A DNA stretch of 64,000 bases, taken from positions 157,418,001 to 157,482,000 of the forward strand of contig NC_042998.1 of NCBI RefSeq assembly GCF_006345805.1, in the 5' to 3' direction. The first letter of the stretch is position 1; each line of letters opens with the position of its first letter. A program made the position numbers and the translations under genes. Positions 1 through 9,895 of this stretch are shown in pieces. This DNA comes from Octopus sinensis. Lineage: Eukaryota. The notes beneath the pieces are model-generated. The model searched no databases, was not told where the DNA came from, and worked only from the letters and a program-made list of their open reading frames with translations.

Positions 1-185
1 ACAGAAAAACGGATTAAGTCGACTATATCGACCCCAGAGCGTAACTGGTACTTAATTAATCGACCCTGAAAGGATGAAAGGCAAAGTCGACCTCGGCGGA
101 ATTTGAACTCAGAAGGTAGCGGCAGACGAAATACCGCTAAGCATTTCGCCCGGCGTGCTAACGATTCCGCCAGCTCACAGCCTTA
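1..185 (-). mobile_element. tRNA-derived SINE, family A (octopus OK/OR-like); 3' end outside window
   Basis: Minus strand reads GAGCTGGCGGAATCGTTAG (A-box-like), GAGTTCAAATTCC (B box), then GAGGTCGACTTTGCCTTTCATCCTTT; the same body recurs at 197, 1563, 6167 and 28290. Confidence 0.85.
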
Positions 186-196
186 ATGATAATAAT

Positions 197-425
197 AATC
201 CTTTCTTATTATAGGCATAAGGCCTGAAATTTGTGGTGGTGGTGGTGGTGGGGACTAGTCGATTATATCGACCCCAGTGTTTCACTGGTACTTAATTTAT
301 CGATCTTGAAAGGATGAAAGGCAAATACGACCTCGGCAGAATTTGAACTCAGTGCGTAGCGTCGGACAAAATATCGCTAAGCATTTCGCCCAGCGTGCTA
401 ACGATTTTGCCAGCTCGCCGCTTTC
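197..425 (-). mobile_element. tRNA-derived SINE, family A
   Basis: Diverged tandem copy of 1-185 with the same A/B boxes and central domain. Confidence 0.85.
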
Positions 426-689
426 TTAATGATAATAATGATAATGATAATAATGAAAGGGAAATGTTTCCTCACTAACTACTAAGGCTCAAGAAAAACT
501 CAAGGACAATATAAGATGCAAAGTGAACTTCCTTTTTAAACATAAAAGTCAAACAAGGATAAAGAAACTATAAATTCAAACAAGAAATAATCCCCCAAAA
601 TGCAGAAACATCCGATGAAACCTTATGAAGCTTGGTCGTGGAAACCCACAAAACCACGGTCACCCTCCATTAATCTTCAAGAACATACT

Positions 690-870
690 CAGAAAAAAAC
701 CTGTCAACTCGGACCATCTTTGTCACTCTCGGCCACTTTCCAACAAATTTGCTGTGTGGCAGCACTTCCCTTTCCCACCTCACTTTTCTTTTCAAGTGAA
801 GCTTGAGAAATTTGATGCGGGATTGACCACACAGGGAGGTGTCTGTCTTCTGCCCTTTTAAGCTTGTTCA
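690..870 (-). mobile_element. Tx1/L1-type LINE ORF2 3' remnant
   Basis: Minus strand CACTTGAAAAGAAAAGTGAGGTGGGAAAGGGAAGT matches CACTTGAAAAGGAAGGTGAGAGTAGAGAGGGAAGT near 61285 (HLKRKVR motif). Confidence 0.7.
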
Positions 871-1562
871 TCACACAGCTGTTATCGCAATATAAGTCTT
901 AGTATCTAGATGTGAAGTTTCTTGGCTCGTTTACATCCTTTTCTCTATTAAGAATGGTGGACAGTGTCTATTTTAAATATATCTCAACTTCTTGAACGCG
1001 TGAAATTAGTCCCGACAAAATTGTGATTATACTTTTTGTTAAATTAAAATGAATATATGATATAGTGTGCTTGTATGATACAAAGTAAAGAGTAGATATT
1101 GCTTTGAGGTTGTCCATTTTTATGTCTGGTTTAATTCTGTTGTTGGTAGATTCTCTTTATTGCATTCTGTTGTGAATTGAATAATATTATATGTTCCGTT
1201 AAGAAGGAAATTAAATTCGTTTTATTTCTCCATTTCAAAGAAAAGAGCAATCGCCCAAAAATCGTCTTCAGTTAACTTCTATATATTTTATAAGAAAGAT
1301 TTTTCTGCATTTTCTTCGGGATTCATTTACCATTGCGTAGAATGGGGTTACTATGAACCCCACCGCAATTCCGGATTTCTCTCGATAATAGCTAACATCA
1401 TGTACGAAATATTTGTTTTGAAAATTAAATCACAATCCTTAAATTATTTAAAATTTTTCTACATATTTAGATAACACACACATATGCATGTATGTATAAA
1501 TATACACACATGCATATATGCACCACCCCGCGCACACACGTAAATATGAGGCACGTAAATAT

Positions 1563-1755
1563 AAGGTGAACTGGCAGAAACGTTAGCTCGCTAGGCAAAA
1601 TGTTTAGCGAAACATCGTTCTGAGTTGAAATTCTGCCGAGGTCGGCTTTGCCTGTCCTCTTATCGGGGTCGATAGAATAAGTACAGTTGAGTACTTGGGT
1701 CGATGCAATCAACTTACCATCGAACTGACTGGTTTTGTACCAAAATTTAAAACCT
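1563..1755 (+). mobile_element. tRNA-derived SINE, family A (degenerate)
   Basis: GAACTGGCAGAAACGTTAG head, GAGTTGAAATTC B box, GAGGTCGGCTTTGCC central domain. Confidence 0.75.
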
Positions 1756-2014
1756 ATATGTATATATATATATTTATATATATACACATACAAAATTATC
1801 CGAATCTACATATATCTGGAAGTAGAATTTTTCCCTTCAAACTCTATATTCAATTTCTTATGCATTTGTATTATACTTTTCGTTTTGTATAAATAAATGC
1901 TTTCTCAAATAAAGTTGCATTTCTGCACAAGCACTTACCTCTAAGTGCATTGCACCATACAGATGTGCGGTAATGAAGCTCATTACATAATTACTAGTTC
2001 TTTTGTGATAATCA

Positions 2015-2025
2015 TATATATATAT

Positions 2026-2073
<48 letters not shown>

Positions 2074-2099
2074 ATATAATATATATATATATTATATAT

Positions 2100-2135
<36 letters not shown>

Positions 2136-2138
2136 GAT

Positions 2139-2203
<65 letters not shown>
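2015..2203. repeat. (TA)n microsatellite, one of many (TA)n/(TG)n/(TCTA)n arrays
   Basis: Direct reading; such arrays explain most low-complexity ORFs in the track. Confidence 0.98.
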
Positions 2204-2204
<1 letters not shown>

Positions 2205-2207
<3 letters not shown>

Positions 2208-3100
2208 GAGTAAATCCAAACTTACAGGGAAAAATTAAATTTAGGATCTAAGCTAAGTATTTATTTATATTTAAGATCTTTAAATTTTAAATTTTAATAT
2301 TTTATAAGTCGTGTGGTATAATATTATTGTTTTTTTTATGTAAATATCGTTGTTTATCTAATTATCGCAATTTTCTATATAAATATTAGATATTAACTTT
2401 AAGTTTATTCGTAAGAATTTACTTAGCGATAGATATGTTGTTTTATAGCAAGTATGCGAGTTAGATTTAAGTTAGATTCATGTATATACATGTATTAATA
2501 GCATTAATTGTAGTTTTAAATTTCATATAATTATTATTTTAACTTATATATTGTCTTTTTAAATTGTTATTTGCTAGTTTTATTATATTCCCATTGATAA
2601 ATATATTTATAGTAGTTATTTAATACTATATGACTACGAATTGATTATTTCTTTAAGTATTTTAAATATAAGATTTTTGAAAGTTATTATTTAGCCAATT
2701 TATTATATTATTTATTTCTTTAAAAATATTGTTTAAATATTTATGATTATTTATTAAAATATTACAATTAACCTGAAGATTGACTGTAACCATAATTCGA
2801 ATTATTAATTGAATTTAAATTATTATTATTGTTATTCGAATTGGTTACGGGCATGAAACGATCGTAGTTGATAGTTTAAAAGTAAAATAAATAAATAAAT
2901 AAATAAATAAAATTAAAAAAAAAAATATATATATATTTAAAATTTATAAGTTTAATTTAAATATTTTAATTGGATTTTTATATTTTATATTTTATATTTT
3001 TTAAATATTTTTTAATCAATTTTATTTCTATGTATTGGCTTATGATTTTCACTGTTTGATTTGCCTAATAGTGGTTTTATCTCTAATTTTATATAATATA
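2205..3100 (+). mobile_element. Non-autonomous PLE derivative (pLTR region with hammerhead, inverted terminus)
   Basis: Contains a hammerhead at 2767-2872. TAATAGTGGTTTTATCTCTAA (~3066) and inverted TTTTTCCCTGTAAGTTTGGA (~2215-2235) match the 3' terminal region of the PLE at 13135-13210. Flanked by (TA)n on both sides. Confidence 0.7.
2767..2872 (+). ncRNA. Type I hammerhead ribozyme motif, intact core, 75-nt stem II
   Basis: Stem I ATTAAC/GTTGAT; CTGAAGA 2773-2779; long paired stem II 2780-2854; GAAAC 2855-2859; GATC; GTA 2864-2866; predicted cleavage after 2866. Confidence 0.85.
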
Positions 3101-3104
3101 TATA

Positions 3105-3770
3105 TATACTCTTGACCTTTCTGTCCCCTCCCTTTCTCAGCCTTCATTCTTTCTGGTTTCCTCACAACCATTCCCATTTTTTCTCTTCTTTTCTCTTACT
3201 CCTCCCCCTCCTCCTCCTCCCTCCCGCCGTTAACCTGCGACGAGAGCTTTGCCACTGTCTTTCTGGCCTGACTTCTTTGAAGTGTGGACGGCATTTTTCT
3301 CTGCTCCTTTGCCGTCCTCAATAATAGCGTTCGTAATACTTTTTTTCGTTCGGCTTAACAGCCCTTCTTGTCTTGTTATTCTCCTTGTCCTTTCTTTTAC
3401 TGTTTATATTTTGTACTGTCGTTACTGTCCTGTTTTGTTACCATTTTTACCCCTCTGCAAAAAGATCTCAAATTTTATTTGATTTGCTTTTCGCAGGTAG
3501 GAAAGTTTCCATCGAAGATGCGTATCGCCTTCACCTTCGAAACGCAGAGTAGATGAAACCATGGCGACTGAAGAAGGGGAATTTTCCTTGTGTTATTTGT
3601 GCTGTATTCTATTTTTTGTTGTTTAAGAAAAATGTCCAGTTCCTTGGTTTTGTGTTATGTTTTCGTTTCTCATTGTGTTCGACGTTTTTTTTTGGTGTCC
3701 TGTACCCATATATGCGTGTATATATACATGTAGAGGTTGGTACGTACATATATGTATATATATATGCATA
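3105..3770 (+). mobile_element. Non-autonomous interspersed repeat (here called family F)
   Basis: Pyrimidine tract, AAAGATCTCAAATTTTATTTGATTTGC motif and a TCCTGTACCCATATATG end shared with 21950-24520 and 21560-21790. Confidence 0.65.
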
Positions 3771-3784
3771 GGTTTTATTTATTA

Positions 3785-3832
<48 letters not shown>

Positions 3833-3837
<5 letters not shown>

Positions 3838-4068
3838 GGTAACCCAAAAGTAGGTTTACATTCATTCAACTATATCTTTCACATTCATATATTAACAGTT
3901 TAGATCTTAACTATAAAAGATATGAAACCATTACTCTATGCTAATTTATTTAATTTTGTCAACCTCCCTTTCCATTTTGTAAGATAGAAATGTTAATGTA
4001 ATAAAACGTCTTAAAAGCAATTTAAAGTACCTACGTGATAACTGTCAACCAGCTTTAGGGCCACCCTG
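3833..4068. mobile_element. Tc1/mariner-type MITE
   Basis: Right end reverse-complements to CAGGGTGGCCCTAAAGCTGGTTGACAGT; left end is a degenerate match (ATGGTAACCCAAAAGTAGGTTTACATT); TA at 4069-4070. Confidence 0.6.
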
Positions 4069-4099
4069 TATACATAATCACGCGACTGACTAGACAATC

Positions 4100-4345
4100 G
4101 GATGTTGCTACTCATTGCTGGACTCAATGCGCATTGCATCACTTTAGACATTGAGTGATGCCACTCCTCTGGCTAGGTGCGCAGGCCAACATTCCACCTC
4201 CTCAATCCTGATCGAAAGGGGAATTGGAGCAAAGCAATATGAAGCGTTTCGCTCAAGAACACAACGTGCACTCGGCCTGCGAATCGAATCCATGATCTTG
4301 CAATTGTGCGTGCAACAGCCTGAACACTCGGCCATGCATCTTTAA
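4100..4345 (-). mobile_element. tRNA-derived SINE (third family)
   Basis: Minus strand TGGCCGAGTGTTCAGG (A box), GGATTCGATTCG (B-box-like), then GTTGTGTTCTTGAGCGAAAC core-like segment. Confidence 0.7.
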
Positions 4346-4357
4346 TATATATATATA

Positions 4358-4600
4358 TTGCCGACCACTAAGTTACGGGGACGTAAACTCGCCAGCATCA
4401 GTTGTCAAGCGATGGTGGGAAGACCAACATAGATACAAAGACATACTCCCAAACTTCTTTCAGTTTTCGTCTATCAAATCCACCCATAAGGTTTTCGTGG
4501 GCCCGAGGCTTTAGTCGAAGACACCTGCCCAAGGTGCCGCATAGTGAGACTGAACTCGGAACTATGTGGGTGGGAAGCAAATTTTTTACCATACAAACAC
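4358..4600 (-). mobile_element. CORE-type tRNA-derived SINE, family B (degenerate)
   Basis: Minus strand GGCACCTTGGGCAGGTGTCTTC...GCCTCGGGCCC core; homologous to 31284-31650. Confidence 0.8.
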
Positions 4601-4602
4601 AC

Positions 4603-4687
<85 letters not shown>

Positions 4688-4735
4688 CATGTATGTATGT
4701 ATGTATGTATGTATGTATGTATGTATGTATGTATG

Positions 4736-4789
<54 letters not shown>

Positions 4790-4850
4790 CCCAGTCACCT
4801 ACTGCCTGCCTACCTACCTACCTACCTACCTACCTACCTACCTACCTACC
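4603..4850. repeat. Compound tetranucleotide microsatellite (TCTA)n(TGTA)n(TCTA)n(CCTA)n
   Basis: Direct reading. Confidence 0.98.
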
Positions 4851-4856
4851 TAACTA

Positions 4857-5508
4857 CGAGAGAAAGTAAAAAATTGCCTGCACTTTCGCTATAACATCTT
4901 TATTATTGTCACACTGCCTTCTGCGCATGCGCATTTATTGTTAGTACTATTGTGGTCACGTGATCGAAGTTTGAGCCCGATCGCGCCATTTTTCTTTACA
5001 TTTTTCTTTCTGACTTTACAGTGTAAGTAAGACCACTCCAGTAGCAATGTGCAGCAAAGAAGAACAAAGAGCAGTGATCCGATTTCTCTGGTTGGAAGGT
5101 GTGTCAGGTGCTAGGGAAGGTGTGTACAAATAACATTTCAAGATATCGCGCTTTACTGGGCAACAAACTGAAGCCAGCAATTCGCACCGAACGCCGATAC
5201 CTATTGTCGAAGAAAGTTTTGTTATTGCATGACAATGCACGTCTACACGGACCGTTAAAACCATTAACCAATTGTGCTAAAAACCTCCGATGAATTTCAG
5301 CACGTTTCACCTTCCGACCAGACAAATAGGATCACTGCTCTTTGTTCTTCTTTGTTGCATATTGCTAGTTGAATGGCCCTGCTTACACTGTGAAACCAGA
5401 AAGAAAAATAGTACCACAATAACTATACGTACACAAGCGCTGAAGATAGTGTGAAAAGAATAAAGATATGTTATGGCGAAAGTGCGGATAATATTTGACT
5501 TGCCCTCG
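4857..5508. mobile_element. Mariner derivative built from two inverted left ends
   Basis: TA-flanked ends CGAGAG/CCCTCG. Both arms carry TIR, 5' UTR and N-terminus (C[SN]KEEQRAVI...). The middle carries LKPAIRTERR..LLLHDNARLH. Confidence 0.8.
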
Positions 5509-6035
5509 TATATATATATATATATATATATATAAACAGATGCTTTACATAGTATTAAGATAAAGATGCAAAGTTATCTTAAATGCAGACGATTTTTCCT
5601 AGTAAATATACATTCAAAATACCTTCAAATATAGACAATTTCAAAGCACGTATGATTTAGCCACGGGTATATTTGTTACTGTTTCCTCAATATTGGTTAC
5701 TTATTTTCCTGGCGACAGAGAGAATGTTAATGTATTTATAAAAATTCTCATAAGTCTATCATATCTCTCTTTACCCTAACGTATTTATTGCTTCCACTAA
5801 TTAATTAATTAATTCACGTCGCCAACACTTCTAATTTTATGTAAATTAAGGTTGACTAATTGAATTTTATTCAAATTTATGCATGTATTTATGTTACCGA
5901 AATATTCAGTGTTTGATGAATAATGCACAGTCATAATTATGCGCATATCTTAACATGTTAACAAATATACGGAAAATACCAGTATCAATATCCCAATATC
6001 AGTAGTGAAATACACATAAATCTTTTGGTCCTAAT

Positions 6036-6640
6036 AGGGGACAAGCATAGCTGTGTGATTAAGAAGCTCATTATGCACCAACATGGTTTCGAATTCCCAC
6101 ACTGTGCGGCACCATGGGTAAGTGTATTCTATAACCTCGGGTCAACCAAAGCCTTGTGAGAGAATCTGCCGTTACGTTCTGAGTTCATATTCCGCCGAGA
6201 TCGACTTTGCCTTTCATCCTTTCGGGGTCGGTAAATTAAGTACCAGTTACGCACTGGGATAGATATAATGTTTGTCTCTCCTTGTTTGTTCTCTCTGTGT
6301 TTAGCCCCTTGTAGGCAATAAAGAAACTGTGAAATCCCGTCGCATGTATGTGTGTATGTATGTATGTATGTATGTATGTATATGAATGTGTGTGTATGTG
6401 TATGAATGTGCGTGAATGTGTGTGTGGATCCATGTGTATGAATGTGTGTGTTTGCACTTATGCCCTGCTGCTTGACAACTGGTTTTGGTTTGTTAACGTC
6501 CCCGTAACATAGATATTCGGCAAAAGAGTAAGTACCGGATTAAAAGAACACTTGATTTTAGAGGATAATATTTGGAAGGTGGTGAAAAATATTAAACATG
6601 GTTGATTTTTTTGCAGCCCAATGACTGATATAAGTAATCG
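6036..6640 (+). mobile_element. Family B SINE containing a 5'-truncated family A SINE (~6167-6326)
   Basis: B head/core at 6036-6165, A body with B box and tail, then B resumes with GAAACTG..CCCGTCG and ends GCAGCCCAATGACTGATATAAG. Confidence 0.75.
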
Positions 6641-7518
6641 ATAAATGATACCTAAGTGCTTCAGACAGCCTGTTATCTTAGTCAGATAGCAAAATGGATT
6701 TGGATTGAACAGTGGTATATACTATTCAATCCTTGTTATACTACTAGTTCTAAATTCACCGTTTTTCCATTCGTGTATCTTTATCTTCATTATTTCCGAG
6801 AAGTAAACATTAAATCGACAATTAACGACGGAAACATGAAAAAGTATCGAGTGTATTGATTATATTGTTTGATTGGGAAAACAATAAAATACTATGTTAA
6901 TCGAACGATGGCTTTAAGCGATGAATGGAAAATATAGAGATAAGAGGGTTGTTCCAGTTATCACCTGGAATAATCAATTTATAATTGATTATATCTAGTA
7001 CGTACATTGAATTACAAAACTTCTCCTTTCGGTATGGCGTAAGGCCAGATGTCGATTCAGTTTTATGACATGGTTATAGGAATTTCTGTTCAGTCTTTCT
7101 CCCTATATCACCAATGAAAGCGGCAAATATATCGTACATTGTCATGTCTAGTCTCCTGAATATCTAATGAGTTACTTTGTGCAACAGAAATATTTTGCAT
7201 TAGGTGCTGATGTTTAACATCATAAGGCTAGTCGAACACGCCAATGATCAAAGACACTAAGAACTCGATCACTCTAGCTTCTATTAAAGCATTGTATATC
7301 TAGGAGTACATTAAACTATGTGAGCTGTTTGAAAACATAGTGGAGTATAATTTGAAGAAGATTTAACTACTATCTCTAGTTGGTCGAACGAATGTTCTCA
7401 TTTTCTATAGATAAATTTTCGTATCGTTATAAAGTATGATCGCCTTCAACTGAGATTCAATTCTGACCATGTAGACGAACAGTAAAAAAACAAACTCGCT
7501 GTGACATACCATTACTAT

Positions 7519-8634
7519 TGTTATGGTTCGGCTGGTGCAGTATTTATTGACCCACTTTGTGAATGAGCGGCGCCTGCAGGTCTGGAGTAAAAAGCTACAG
7601 CCCTTTGTTTACTGGAAGACTAATGGCTTTTGGAGGGACCTTTGGTCTTGTGCCGGTCGATTAGGGGTCAGAGAGATGTGAGGGCCGAGGAAGATAGAGT
7701 AAGGAAGAATCTAGTGACAGTGAGGGAAAGGAAGAAGAAAGAGTGAGAAAGACAGAGTAAGGGATCTGAGAGCAGATAGAGAGGATATTAGAGCTAAGAG
7801 AGGGACTGAGGGTAGTGATAGAGTAAGAGGTTTTTGGGAGTCGGATTTCGGTCGTCAAAGCGAGCAGTTGGAATTTTAGGAGCGAGGATTTGGGAACTCG
7901 GGGCAAGAGTTTGGCAAGTTGGAGCTAGCGGTACTGAGAGAGAGGAACTACAATATGGGACACTGGCTATTCTAATTAGGAATTAAGGTACGTGAATTGT
8001 GTATTGATATGTGAAGAAAAAGAAGGACAAGGAATCGAAATGAACAGTTGAAAAAGAAATGAGACAGTGTAAAGAACAATGTATTGAACTGTTCTGATTG
8101 GACTGTAACATATCGTGAACATTATTTGATTTGAACATTGTATAATGAACATTGAACTGTTAGGCCTGTAATGTCCTTTGAACTGTATCTGACTTGTTGA
8201 TGTGTTTTGAAATAGAACTGTGTCTTCGGACGTGTACCTTTGAAATGCTGATGTATTGACCTTAATGTTGTATACCTATATTGATGTGTTGTTACCGGAC
8301 GGTTATATTGTTACTTGCATGTTTAAATGCTTTGATCTGTGGTATACCCGTATGATGTATTGAGTTGTCACGTGCATGTCCTCTTTTAAATGTATCTTTA
8401 AATGTATTTGATGTTGTAACAATTGATTGTCATATAAACTAGTTGTTAAATGTAAGCCAGTTGTGCCTTGCCTCTTTGTGTCTCTCTCGATTGCCTCTGT
8501 GCTGCTGCTGTTGTTGTCGTTGTATCTCTCCTCTCCTCTACGACGAGTTTCCGTGGCAAAAACATTCGCTGCATCGAACGGGCCTGGGTGTGAGTGATTC
8601 CGTAATAGTTCGAATCGGAGGTCCCCTCGTAACA
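7519..8634 (-). mobile_element. Solo LTR (Ty3/gypsy-like), 1116 bp
   Basis: Ends TGTTATG...CGTAACA (6/7 inverted); 4-bp TSD CTAT at 7515-7518 and 8635-8638; AATAAA on the minus strand at 7543-7548. Confidence 0.8.
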
Positions 8635-8969
8635 CTATGTACATAAAATAGAGTTATCTGAGACTATAATATCCAATTTCATTTTCCTATTTTGAAGAAG
8701 ATAAGTTGTGATTTAAATGTTTCTTTTTGGTTTGACCAAAGCATATAGGCTCGTTCATTTCTTCATCATAAGTGTATTAGAATAGAGATGGAAATGAGGA
8801 GTTAACTTGTTTGATGAAATTGATCTTTAGGTATCTAAAAAAATTGCTCTTTTCTTCTATTAGGTTTAACTAACGTTAATATAAGGTCTATATTTTTGCC
8901 AGGAATATTTCGTAAGGGTGTACAAAGAACTAGTCTTTTATGACGCATTAGATTACAGTCATAATACAG

Positions 8970-9011
<42 letters not shown>

Positions 9012-9324
9012 ACACACACACATATATAAATATGTATATGTATTTATAACATTGTATAACGTTATGTGTATTTACCATAACTTTTCAATTAATTAATGTT
9101 CAATTGAATCTGAAAAATACTAATGGACTTCAAATCACTACTTAACCTTCCTAAATACAAAGCATTTAATATGAAATATATCACTATTAATGTTCTCATA
9201 AAAAAGCTATAAAGGAATTTAAATGTTTAGTACTGAAATATCGTGTCTAAAGCTCTTTTTCTCTCTCTCCCCTTTGATGCACACACGCACGCATGCATGC
9301 ACGCACACACACACACACATACAC

Positions 9325-9480
9325 ACACATATATGAGTGTTTGGTAAGAAGCTTACTTCTCAACCGCATAGTTCTGCAATCAGTCCCACTGTGTGGCTCC
9401 TTGGACAAGTGTCTTTTGCTATAGTCATAGGGACGACCTTGGCCTTGCGAGTGGAGCTGGTGAAGTGACAAAGCCCATCG
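9325..9480 (+). mobile_element. Family B SINE 5' part (degenerate)
   Basis: TGGTAAGAAGCTTACTTCTCAACC head; GGCTCCTTGGACAAGTGTCTT core. Confidence 0.75.
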
Positions 9481-9481
9481 T

Positions 9482-9566
<85 letters not shown>

Positions 9567-9895
9567 AGTGTGTGCCTTTGTACCTTTTTCCCTACCACCA
9601 CTTTACAACCACCATTATATATATGTATATATATATATATCATTTACAGAAAAAACTCAATTAAGTAATTCAATAGTGAATGGCGTTTTTCACACCATAT
9701 AGAAAAAATTAAACATACTGTAAAAACATTATTCTAAAAATTAATAAAGTACATAAACAATAAATAGTAAATTGACTACATTATATTCCATACTATTATT
9801 ATTATAATATTTCTATTTATATTTATAACTAACGTTTATCGATTGTATTTAACTCTCAATTTCGTAAGACAGAACCGCTATTTTAGAATTTATCT

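Noticed and set aside
1225-1280. Minus-strand CTGAAGA followed by GAAAT
   Set aside because: Stems I and II do not close.
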